Of a stretch of 62,867 nt of DNA, positions 54,926 to 62,867 are shown piece after piece. The DNA comes from a virus (lineage: Duplodnaviria; Caudoviricetes), in the IMG/VR virus record IMGVR_UViG_3300042905_000668, positions 1 through 62,867 of that record; one strand, written 5' to 3'. The number at the start of each line of letters is the position of its first letter. Position 1 is the first letter of the stretch. A program made the translations under genes and the position numbers. The notes beneath the pieces were generated by a model. The model did not search any database. It saw only the letters and a program-made list of their open reading frames with translations, and was not told the DNA's origin.

Positions 54926-55870
54926 TTATAGACCTCCGTGGGCGTTAGAACAAGCGCCGAGTTGCCCTCTAGCCACCGTCAAGTCGCCAAAGTCTGTAGC
55001 GTTTCCAGTGGTTGCAATTGTGACGTATTGAATTACGTTTGTTGGGCCGCTACCGCCACCGACTAATCCGCGAGTATCGGAAGAACACCCAGCGGCATCC
55101 GAAGTAGACGAAACTAAATCACCAAAATCAGTTGCGTTGCCTGTAGACGCAATAGTAACGTAATCAATTACATTACTTTCACCGCCCAAAAACAAACCCC
55201 GTGTGCTAGAAGAACACGCTGATAAACGCGTTCGTGCGGTCGTTAAATTACCAAACGTGGTTGTGTTTCCTGTTGACGCAATTGTGATGTAAGTGATTGA
55301 ACTTGTTGTTACGTCTGAAACATCTTTACCACCACCAAAAAGACCTCTTGTTGGGGACGAACATCCAGCAAGCGCGTAAATTCCAGTTGTTAGATCACCA
55401 AAGTCTGTAGCGTTTCCCACCGACGCAATGGTTACATACGAAATAACGTTTGAAGGCCCGGCCTCACTGCCCGCAAAAATACCTCGTGTGCTAGAAGAAC
55501 ACGCCGCTAAACGGCTTTGCGCTAGAGTTAAATCTCCAAAATCTGTGGAATTGCTTGCACTAGCAAACGTAATGTACTCAATAATATTTATGGCTGTACT
55601 ACCACTGTTTATACCGCCACCAAACAACCCTCTGCTGGCTGATCCGCATCCGGCTAATTTTGCTCTGGTAGCTGTCAAGTCGCCAAAATCGGTGGCATTT
55701 CCTGTTGTGGCAATATTGACATAATCAATCGTGTTGTAAAAAGTACCGCCAGCATCGTCATAACCTCCAGCAAACGCCCCGTATGCTGGAGGGCCGGGCG
55801 GGTTCCATAGTCCACCCCCTTTAGCTTGGTACTGCGCAGTGAGTGTCCATACACCTGAATAACTTGGCAT
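54926..55870 (-). CDS. Kelch-like beta-propeller virion protein 2 (6 repeats)
   Basis: Same repeat; SGVWTL N-terminus; ends SNAHGGL. Confidence 0.8.
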   Translation of the reverse strand: MPSYSGVWTLTAQYQAKGGGLWNPPGPPAYGAFAGGYDDAGGTFYNTIDYVNIATTGNATDFGDLTATRAKLAGCGSASRGLFGGGINSGSTAINIIEYITFASASNSTDFGDLTLAQSRLAACSSSTRGIFAGSEAGPSNVISYVTIASVGNATDFGDLTTGIYALAGCSSPTRGLFGGGKDVSDVTTSSITYITIASTGNTTTFGNLTTARTRLSACSSSTRGLFLGGESNVIDYVTIASTGNATDFGDLVSSTSDAAGCSSDTRGLVGGGSGPTNVIQYVTIATTGNATDFGDLTVARGQLGACSNAHGGL

Positions 55871-57076
55871 TTATATACCTCCGTGGGCGTTGGATGTAGC
55901 AGAAACCAAGGACGCAGCAAAAATTAAATCACCAAAATCTGTGGCGTTGCCTGTTGAGGCAATTGTTATGTAATTTAAAACATTTGTATTTGCACTATCT
56001 AAACCTATTCCAAAAACACCTCTTACAGAAGAACTGCAACCACACCCCTGTTGACTGCCCTGCGTTAAATCCCCAAAGTCTGTCGTATTGCCTGTATTTG
56101 CGATGGTTATGTACTCGATGACGTTGCTATACGTGGCGGCAGCAGTATCTCCTCCGGCAAATACACCCCTAGTTGCAGAAGATATGCCTGAAAAATTATA
56201 AGTCCCAGTACCTAAACTTCCAAAACTTGTAGAATTTCCAGTAGATGCTATTGTGACGTACTGCATTCCAATTTGACGAGTACCACCATAATCAGTTCCA
56301 CCAGCAGAAACCGCTCTTGTTGATGAAGCACAAGCCGCCGATTGGTATTTAATTAAACTTAAATCACCAAAGTCAGTTGAGTTTCCAATGCTTGCAATCG
56401 TGATGTATTGGATTACATTAACAATAGCACTACCCGCGTTTCCATTAGTGCCGCCAAACATTATTCCACGAGTGCTGTTAGAGCAACCTGCCAAATACCC
56501 GGTTGGAAATAAAGCATCGCCAAAGTCAGTTGCATTACCTGCGGATGCAATGGTAACGTATTGGATTACGTTGTTTTCATAAACGGCATTGGCAAAACAA
56601 ATTGCCCTTGTAGCATCAGCGCAAGCACCGGCTCCATAACAAATAAGATCTAAATCACCAAAATCCGTAGCGTTTCCGGTAGTTGAAATCGTAATATATT
56701 GAATTGTGTTGTATGTACTAGCGCCACTACCACCAAAAAATATACCCCTTGGAGCCGCAGGTGTCACACTATTACTTGCCGCACTGAATGCGCTAGGCCC
56801 ATAAGAATTGATGGCCCATACAGCAAACGTGTAAGCCGTGCCGTTGGTAAGCCCCGTGACGCTGATTGGCGAAGAAGCCGCCGTTGCAGTGATGTTATCG
56901 GGGGTTGAACGAGCGCCGTACCCAGTGATAGCCGAGCCACCCACATTGGCAGGTGCAGTAAAAGTTACAGACGCAGAAGCATCACCACCCGTAGCCGTCC
57001 CGATGGTCGGCGCATTAGGGTTGTTCAGCGGATCATAAAAGGCTGAGATAAACCCAGCAGGAGGACGTAGTGGCAT
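55871..57076 (-). CDS. FN3 domain + Kelch-like beta-propeller protein 1 (6 repeats; start re-called at MPLRPP)
   Basis: PNAPTIGTA...VTFTAP...ITGY...GLTNGTAYTF.V.A.N FN3 signature; ends SNAHGGI. Confidence 0.8.
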   Translation of the reverse strand: MPLRPPAGFISAFYDPLNNPNAPTIGTATGGDASASVTFTAPANVGGSAITGYGARSTPDNITATAASSPISVTGLTNGTAYTFAVWAINSYGPSAFSAASNSVTPAAPRGIFFGGSGASTYNTIQYITISTTGNATDFGDLDLICYGAGACADATRAICFANAVYENNVIQYVTIASAGNATDFGDALFPTGYLAGCSNSTRGIMFGGTNGNAGSAIVNVIQYITIASIGNSTDFGDLSLIKYQSAACASSTRAVSAGGTDYGGTRQIGMQYVTIASTGNSTSFGSLGTGTYNFSGISSATRGVFAGGDTAAATYSNVIEYITIANTGNTTDFGDLTQGSQQGCGCSSSVRGVFGIGLDSANTNVLNYITIASTGNATDFGDLIFAASLVSATSNAHGGI

Positions 57077-57087
57077 GATGCCCCCCT

Positions 57088-57474
57088 TTATGCGTTGATC
57101 TCTTCCCACGAGCAAGTAACAACCAGATCGTTGGCTACACTTGCCGTAGCACCAATAGACTTGTCTTCCAGCAGGTAGAACGATGTGGTCTTGTCGGTCA
57201 CGATCAGTGTGGCGTCAGCAGGCACAGAAATGGTAGAAACAATCGCTGTTCCTGTGCCGCCAAGATCGTCTTGAGAAAAGATTTTGATCGTAATATCTGC
57301 CGCAACAGAGCCATCTACGTTGGCTACAACAATCGAGTTGATCTTATAGACCTTGCCGCTAGAGGCTGCGTTATTAACCAGTGCAGTTGCAAACGGGTCG
57401 TTTGTAGATGAAATTAAATTTGTAGACGTATTACCGTAAATGGCGGCTACGTTTACTATGTTGGGATTTGCCAT
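57088..57474 (-). CDS. Small tail/fibre-associated beta protein
   Basis: MANPNIVNV...KINSIVVANVDG...VPADATL...YLLE family. Confidence 0.7.
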   Translation of the reverse strand: MANPNIVNVAAIYGNTSTNLISSTNDPFATALVNNAASSGKVYKINSIVVANVDGSVAADITIKIFSQDDLGGTGTAIVSTISVPADATLIVTDKTTSFYLLEDKSIGATASVANDLVVTCSWEEINA

Positions 57475-57484
57475 GAGAACTCCT

Positions 57485-58405
57485 TCAGATAGAGAATACT
57501 AAATCAAAAGCGATAGATTGACCAGCGGTGATACCACCACCGCCAGACGAGGGAGAAGAAACCCACGAGGTTCCGGTTGAAGTTAGTACATTACCCGCAG
57601 TTCCGGGGGCGATAAAGCTAAGGTTGGGGGTTGTTCCACCGGTAGACGATATAGGAAGTGACGCCGTAACCGCTGTAATTGTTCCACCAGAACCCGTAGC
57701 GGCAATTGTTTGATTTGGCCAAGTACCTGAAATAGATACGCCAGACCCCGCCACTAACGCAGGGGTTGCAGTGGCCGTTCCACCGTTAGCAATAGGCAAA
57801 ATACCCGTTACCCCTGTAGTTAAGGGAAGGCCAGTGGCGTTTGTAAGCGTTGCAGATTGCGGCGTACCTAGAATAGGAGTAACAAGTGTTGGCGAATTAG
57901 ACAACACAACATTAGTGCTACCCGTTGAAGTAGTTACCCCTGTACCACCATTAGCAACAGGCAATATACCCGTGACTTCTGAAGTTAAATCAATCACGCT
58001 AGATGCAATCTGAACAAAATCAGACCCATTCCAAGCTACTAACGCTTTTTCACCATTCGGAATAGTTACGCCAGTAGTGGGGCCGGAGCCTACCAATTTG
58101 ACTGCGTATCCACCTGATGTAGCATTGATAATAATGTATGTTTTAGATTGCGCTGGGGCTGTAATGGTTTTAATACTGGTACGTGCACCAGTGCACAAGA
58201 GAATGGCTTCACGCGCTTGATTTGCTGCGCCGTTGGTAGTGCTCAACGTGACGTTAGCATCTGTACTGAGAGTTGTTGTACCGGCAATAGCAGAGTCAAT
58301 TAAATCAGTAATCGCTGTATTAACTACAGTGCCCCATGTACCAGACAAATCTCCTGTTGTGGGAAGCGCCAGACCAAGGAGCGGTGAGAAATTAGTTACT
58401 GCCAT
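57485..58405 (-). CDS. Tail fibre protein
   Basis: GTWG N-terminus; VTGILPVANGGTG repeats; GNVLTS.G..W motif. Confidence 0.75.
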   Translation of the reverse strand: MAVTNFSPLLGLALPTTGDLSGTWGTVVNTAITDLIDSAIAGTTTLSTDANVTLSTTNGAANQAREAILLCTGARTSIKTITAPAQSKTYIIINATSGGYAVKLVGSGPTTGVTIPNGEKALVAWNGSDFVQIASSVIDLTSEVTGILPVANGGTGVTTSTGSTNVVLSNSPTLVTPILGTPQSATLTNATGLPLTTGVTGILPIANGGTATATPALVAGSGVSISGTWPNQTIAATGSGGTITAVTASLPISSTGGTTPNLSFIAPGTAGNVLTSTGTSWVSSPSSGGGGITAGQSIAFDLVFSI

Positions 58406-58414
58406 TTTTTATCC

Positions 58415-58858
58415 TTATAGTCCATTTAGGATGCTTATTGCCTGTACATACGATTTTGATGCCGCAGTGCTTGTCTGGAATGTAGGAGCTACACCCGTAC
58501 CATTAGAAGTTAACAACTGCCCTGATGTACCCACATTAGTAGAAGCCACAGCATATCCTGCTGGGTACGTTACAAATACGTCTTTTGTTCCAGCAGAAAA
58601 TGTTAATGCAGTGGGTTGTGTTCCCGCGCTATTGGCTAAAACTGTAGTACGAGCAAGAAGGGTTCCAGCGGATGTATACGTGCCAATACCAACTTCCCAC
58701 TCGCTCCCGGTTTGCGCAGCAATTGTGTAATAAGTTGTATTACCATTACCTACAACGGCAAAAGATTGAAACCCTGTAGCTGCGCCAGCAAGCGTGACCG
58801 TTCCCGTACCAGCCGTGGTAGTGGTTTCTTTAACGCGATCTGCTAATACAAGTGCCAT
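58415..58858 (-). CDS. Tail fibre-associated protein
   Basis: MALVLADRVKETTTTAGTG, EWEVGIGTY, FSAGTKDVFVTYPA. Confidence 0.75.
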   Translation of the reverse strand: MALVLADRVKETTTTAGTGTVTLAGAATGFQSFAVVGNGNTTYYTIAAQTGSEWEVGIGTYTSAGTLLARTTVLANSAGTQPTALTFSAGTKDVFVTYPAGYAVASTNVGTSGQLLTSNGTGVAPTFQTSTAASKSYVQAISILNGL

Positions 58859-58867
58859 AGTATTTCC

Positions 58868-59593
58868 TTACACCGTCATTTCAACATTTTGCCAGTTTGG
58901 AGTTTGATTGTCATCTATTGTCGTCCAATAAAAATAATTCATTGTACCAACCTGACCTCTAGCTTGTACTCCGGTTATTGCAACCGTCCGACTTGACCCC
59001 ACTGAGCCTACACTACCTGTAGCTACAACACCGTCTTCGGTTGGGTTGTTTGTTTCAGTAACATCACCAACTGCACCAGAAGCTAAGACACCAGTCAGCG
59101 CAATTTCACGATCTGCAAGAGTTACTGTACCAACACTACCAATCGCTACAAGTCCAGTAGGTGTCGGGCTAAAAGAAATAGTCCCTGCCGCTCCAGAGGC
59201 CGCGACACCAGTCAGCGCAATACTTCTTTCCGCAACTGTTACCGTGCCAACTGCCCCTGTAGCTTCAGTTCCCTGAAGCCCTGCATCAATACCAAAAACA
59301 CCAATTGATCCAACTTCACCAGAAGCACTAACTCCTGTAAGCGCAATGACTCGTTCTGCGACTGCAACTGTACCAACCACTCCAATAGCTTCAACGCCGG
59401 TTAACTCATACGTTACTAAGTCTGTAACTGTACCTACCGCGCCTTCTGCGCCAACCCCTGTTAGTGCTTCTTCACGTGTATAAACAACTGTCCCTACCGC
59501 GCCAGATGCCTGAACGCCGGTAAGGTCAACAATAATCGTCTGCCCCGCAAGCGAGGCGAACGGCGCTTCAGCAAAGGCGGAGATTCCAAACAT
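58868..59593 (-). CDS. Repeat-rich fibre/whisker protein
   Basis: About ten LTGVxAxGxVGTV repeats at roughly 19-22 aa spacing; MFG.SAFAE.PF N-terminus. Confidence 0.75.
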   Translation of the reverse strand: MFGISAFAEAPFASLAGQTIIVDLTGVQASGAVGTVVYTREEALTGVGAEGAVGTVTDLVTYELTGVEAIGVVGTVAVAERVIALTGVSASGEVGSIGVFGIDAGLQGTEATGAVGTVTVAERSIALTGVAASGAAGTISFSPTPTGLVAIGSVGTVTLADREIALTGVLASGAVGDVTETNNPTEDGVVATGSVGSVGSSRTVAITGVQARGQVGTMNYFYWTTIDDNQTPNWQNVEMTV

Positions 59594-59625
59594 GGCTACT
59601 CCGGCGGGTTACCCCGCCAGTCCTA

Positions 59626-60135
59626 TTAGGTTGTAGCCAAACGAATCAAAGCAGTCGAAGTCGTGTTCGATGGCATTGTCAAAGTAAACGTGCCAGCAGT
59701 GATTGTTTGTGAACCAAACGTATGGATACTTACAGCAGGATATGCGCCGCCAGTGCCTTGCGTAGAGTTGTAAATCATCACAGCGTCAAACGCCGTGGCA
59801 AGCGTCACGGTTGTGTAGGTGATGCTGGCAGAGGGAGTCCAAAAAGCCACACCGGCAGTAGCCGATGAATTGGTAGCCGTAGGAGGGTTTGCATTGGTAA
59901 TAGCCACGCCACCCGGCGTGTAGCCCGTACCAGAAACTTCGCCTGCCATAGCAGTAGCACCAATTGTGCCGGTGTAGTCAGAAGACGAAGCGTTGAATGT
60001 GCCACTTGCCAGCAACAAAGCACCGTAATACGTGTCTGCGCCAGTACCAGCGCGAACAACACCTACGCCAAAATTGTGTGTACCTGTCATGAGCTTGCCC
60101 ATGAATCCCGTGACCATTGATTGTGTATTTGCCAT
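59626..60135 (-). CDS. Virion beta protein, paralogue of 60349-60771
   Basis: GEVSGTGYTPGG, AVMIYN, FG...GTFTLTMP...ALIRL. Confidence 0.7.
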   Translation of the reverse strand: MANTQSMVTGFMGKLMTGTHNFGVGVVRAGTGADTYYGALLLASGTFNASSSDYTGTIGATAMAGEVSGTGYTPGGVAITNANPPTATNSSATAGVAFWTPSASITYTTVTLATAFDAVMIYNSTQGTGGAYPAVSIHTFGSQTITAGTFTLTMPSNTTSTALIRLATT

Positions 60136-60145
60136 GTTAGGCTCC

Positions 60146-60340
60146 TTAAGTAAAAGACGCTGCTTCCGCAGAAAACGTCACAGCTTTTTTCAATTGAACA
60201 TGGGCAGAACGATGCACAAGTTCTCCATCTAACCAATACTCCACCCAAGTGGTGTACTCGTTGTCATTATCTACGAAGCCTTCTTTTTTCTCAAGAAGAG
60301 AATCGTCCATTTCGCCTTTGGTGGTTGTGACCAATGCCAT
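60146..60340 (-). CDS. Small conserved phage protein
   Basis: TTTKG.MD.SLLEK...WVEYWLDGELVHRS; AGGAG RBS. Confidence 0.8.
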   Translation of the reverse strand: MALVTTTKGEMDDSLLEKKEGFVDNDNEYTTWVEYWLDGELVHRSAHVQLKKAVTFSAEAASFT

Positions 60341-60348
60341 ATTTTCTC

Positions 60349-60771
60349 CTATACAAGTCTAATGAGTGCAGCCGTGCTGGTGTCAGCAGGCATCGTTACG
60401 GTGAAAGTTTGTGTCGATGTTATGTTATTTCCAAAGTCCAGAACACAGACAGCCGCGCCAGTAGTCACGTCATAAATTAACGCCCCACGAGCAGTGATTG
60501 CACCAGCCCACGCTGGGCTGGAAAAATTAACATAAATAGTGCTACTGTTTGAACCAAGCGCGGTATTAACCGTTGCCGTGACTACTTGACCACCAGCCAC
60601 GTAGTTACCACCAGAAGTCTCGCCATCTGATGTATACGCCGCAGTCAGTTGATTCAATGTAGCTGAGTTGGTATACAACGCCAAACGAAACGTATCTGTT
60701 GCAAATCTCAACGTACCGTTAATCAAGCCTGTGCGCAACGTATTGCAGGAGTAGTTACCTGTGAAAGCCAT
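60349..60771 (-). CDS. Virion beta protein, paralogue of 59626-60135
   Basis: FRLALYT, GETSGGNYVAGG, ARGALIY, VLDFG...FTVTMP...ALIRL. Confidence 0.75.
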   Translation of the reverse strand: MAFTGNYSCNTLRTGLINGTLRFATDTFRLALYTNSATLNQLTAAYTSDGETSGGNYVAGGQVVTATVNTALGSNSSTIYVNFSSPAWAGAITARGALIYDVTTGAAVCVLDFGNNITSTQTFTVTMPADTSTAALIRLV

Positions 60772-61469
60772 CAGGTCACCGCCTGTCTATATTGACCAGA
60801 ACGATAAGCATCCTGACGCTCCATACCATCACCCAAACGTTTGGCTTGAGCCAAGGCTTCTTTGTATTTACCGTCGTACAAGGCAAGCATGTCTGTCTCG
60901 CCCTTCATAAAGGTATAAGCCTCAACCAGTGAACCATACAAGAGCACCGTGTCAAAGTTATCACCAAGCCATGACGTACCCGCAGTCGTGATTGACTCAG
61001 GGTAGTAATAGAAATGAAGCTCTGCCGTATAAGTAGTATCAGGAGTTGGGCCAAGAATAAACGTTAGTTCAGTTGTAATTGCGCTACCCACAATTGCAGG
61101 GCCAAACAATGCGTAGTACTTTGGAATCCCAGTATCTGTCGTAGGATTAGGGTACGACTGGCGAATGAAGTTTACGTCTTTGTTTAACAAGTATTCGTAG
61201 TTACCAGACGCATCTATCACTGCCAAAGAGTATGTAGCAAGATAATCGTTTGGAGCTTGAAGATATTTGTTGCCTGACTGGATATTACCCGTCATGTTTT
61301 TGCGCAAAAACGGAAACTGCACCGTGTTATAGATGCGTAATTCAGCTTGCTCAATAAACCTGTTAATCTGTTCGGTAGTTGTCTCTATCCCGCCACTGGC
61401 AAGAGTAAAGTCCGGAAAATTATTTTCCGTATACGACTGAATAGTATCAAACAGTTGGGTGTAATTCAT
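60771..61469 (-). CDS. Second head-tail adaptor-like protein
   Basis: MNYTQL..I, FIEQAELRI, G.PKYYA, GPTPD..Y..ELHF, LLYGSLVEA. Confidence 0.7.
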   Translation of the reverse strand: MNYTQLFDTIQSYTENNFPDFTLASGGIETTTEQINRFIEQAELRIYNTVQFPFLRKNMTGNIQSGNKYLQAPNDYLATYSLAVIDASGNYEYLLNKDVNFIRQSYPNPTTDTGIPKYYALFGPAIVGSAITTELTFILGPTPDTTYTAELHFYYYPESITTAGTSWLGDNFDTVLLYGSLVEAYTFMKGETDMLALYDGKYKEALAQAKRLGDGMERQDAYRSGQYRQAVT

Positions 61470-61470
61470 A

Positions 61471-61737
61471 TCAAGCCATTGGGCCTCGCGCCATTACGCC
61501 TTTGGTAGCTGCGCCAGTACCACGGATTTTTATACCAGAAGTCTTTGGCTCTTTGTATGGGTCACGACTGATGTTACCAACAGACATGTTTACATCATTA
61601 GCGGTCAAACGGTTACCACCGTTATAGCCACTGTTCTTGATGTCCACACCAGCTTCACCATTCATATTGTGGGGCGGAGCATAGACGCTGGCATCGCCAA
61701 CTTCTTTACCCATCATCTTTTTGCTAAACGTGGCCAT
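61471..61737 (-). CDS. Small protein ending in RGTGAATKG..ARG tag (start re-called at MATFSK)
   Basis: GGAG RBS; C-terminal tag related to those at 1786-3210. Confidence 0.8.
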   Translation of the reverse strand: MATFSKKMMGKEVGDASVYAPPHNMNGEAGVDIKNSGYNGGNRLTANDVNMSVGNISRDPYKEPKTSGIKIRGTGAATKGVMARGPMA

Positions 61738-61738
61738 A

Positions 61739-61942
61739 TCAAGCTCCCTTTTTATAAGTGAATGAAGACTTCTTTTGATTAGCCACTTTGGCCAAACCAC
61801 GACCCAGAGCTTTCATCTGAGCATTTGTCTTGCCACCTTTGGCAAGTTTTGTCATAGGCTGACCGGGATGTAGCTTTTTCTCGTGCTTGTGCACGGCTCC
61901 AGCCACCATCTTCTTGTCTTGTTTCAAATCTGCTTTGTCCAT
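61739..61942 (-). CDS. Small basic protein with LAKGG motif (start re-called at MDKADL)
   Basis: AAGGAG RBS; AVHKHE..H...LAKGG...GRGLAK. Confidence 0.8.
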   Translation of the reverse strand: MDKADLKQDKKMVAGAVHKHEKKLHPGQPMTKLAKGGKTNAQMKALGRGLAKVANQKKSSFTYKKGA

Positions 61943-61952
61943 TTCAGGCTCC

Positions 61953-62381
61953 TTATGTAACTGTAACCGTAACTGTACCAAGTTCTATCGCTAACACCAA
62001 GTTATTTGGCGTTAAAAGTGTATCAAACCCACTTGCACCACCAACAGGGTTGTACCCCCACTGAAACACCCGACTGCCTTGCTCTGGATAGCCAAACCCA
62101 TCTTGAGTGGTGCTATCCGTTAACAGAATCTGTAAGCCACTTTGACCAGAGACTTGATAGCTCACATCAGGACGCGGCTCACGCACAGCTTGCGGATCAT
62201 TGACTGGATACATACCCAGTTGCAACTGCGGCTGATCGGGATCCCAGCATGCGGGGCACACCTTGATATTAAATGGCTTGGTCTTGACAATCTGTGTCTT
62301 TAATTCCTTGAGCTTATACCTCTGCGAACATCTGTCGCATTCAGCAATTGCATGTTTGCCTGATGCAAATTTACTAGGCAT
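61953..62381 (-). CDS. Zinc-finger-like (CxxC...CxxC) late protein
   Basis: AECDRC...VCPACWDPDQPQ...DPQAVREPRPD. Confidence 0.8.
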   Translation of the reverse strand: MPSKFASGKHAIAECDRCSQRYKLKELKTQIVKTKPFNIKVCPACWDPDQPQLQLGMYPVNDPQAVREPRPDVSYQVSGQSGLQILLTDSTTQDGFGYPEQGSRVFQWGYNPVGGASGFDTLLTPNNLVLAIELGTVTVTVT

Positions 62382-62867
62382 AGAACGTATTCCTTGGCAC
62401 AAACCTCAACGGAGAGGTATCGCGGTCTTCTGCTTCAGCCAAAAGCCATTGCTGTTCATACTCAGCCTTTAGCGCCATCACACGATTGGGATCCATATCT
62501 GGCAACTTCATACTCAACAGATAAGCCAATCCTGCCACCATGCAGGGGATAAAACGGAACGGAATATCCTGCACGTTTACACCTGTGCCAGCGTCCTGAA
62601 TACGGCGCATGCGGTAGTACACAAACATGTACTGATCTCCGGGGGCGTTAGGTGTAGGCCACACATTGATAGCAGGTAGGTTCTGCACGGTTATAGCTGC
62701 ACCAGTAGTATGCGCCGCAGCGGTTGTGCCATTCTGTCCACGAGCGCAGTTTAACAACTGGTTGTTTACAGGGTCTATGTTGGGGTAACTGATGGTCTCA
62801 TTATCAATCTTGATAAACCCAGCAGTGGTCAAACCGTCCACATTAGACAACGTGATTGTGGTGGCTG
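62030..62867. repeat. Right copy of imperfect terminal direct repeat
   Basis: Aligns with 1-838. Confidence 0.95.
62374..62867 (-). CDS. Partial allele (3' part) of adaptor gene 345-1277
   Basis: Same protein with a few substitutions (DVDPNRVMGL vs DMDPNRVMAL); 5' end beyond the window. Confidence 0.9.
   Translation of the reverse strand, partial: ATTITLSNVDGLTTAGFIKIDNETISYPNIDPVNNQLLNCARGQNGTTAAAHTTGAAITVQNLPAINVWPTPNAPGDQYMFVYYRMRRIQDAGTGVNVQDIPFRFIPCMVAGLAYLLSMKLPDMDPNRVMALKAEYEQQWLLAEAEDRDTSPLRFVPRNTFYA

Noticed and set aside
53913-57076. Diversity-generating retroelement acting on propeller genes
   Set aside because: No reverse transcriptase and no template/variable repeat pair with adenine-specific differences seen.
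1-62867. tRNA genes or alternative genetic code
   Set aside because: No cloverleaf recognised by eye; standard code gives dense, intact genes. tRNAscan-SE/ARAGORN would be the formal check.

Overview
This window is essentially one complete tailed-phage genome (unit length 62,029 bp). Positions 1-838 recur without gaps at 62030-62867, but only about 91% identical by hand count. The gene set points to a podovirus-like morphology and probably a Betaproteobacteria host (inferred from an RpoD region-4 fragment and the GAAAG-type leaders). There are two divergent arms. The + arm (about 14.4-34.9 kb) carries early and replication genes: AAA/VWA module, VRR-NUC, family A DNA polymerase, sigma70 region-4 protein, Cas4-like exonuclease, SNF2 helicase, SSB-like protein and primase-helicase. 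The - arm carries TerS/TerL, portal, GroES-like protein, scaffold, major capsid, adaptors/nozzle, fibres, three Kelch-like propellers, a glycosyltransferase, a GH108 endolysin and holin, ejection proteins and a 2010-aa polyvalent protein. I saw no integrase, tRNA or CRISPR array. The most interesting signals are: (1) a shared [FYML/R]-x-x-G-G motif, about 16 copies in 9 otherwise unrelated late proteins, plus a shared C-terminal RxDGxAx[KR]GKT[KR]G tag, suggesting an undescribed virion cargo sorting/processing code; (2) a GNAT-like gene between two ejection proteins with leader + poly-Gly N-termini; (3) a candidate ~68-nt sRNA whose loop is complementary to the GGAGAGAG ribosome-binding sites of + arm genes; (4) a double-pseudoknot RNA leader after the capsid gene; (5) a six-copy palindrome TTCCCAC-N-GTGGGAA in the early region. 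Functional calls come from motif recognition by eye; no searches were run.
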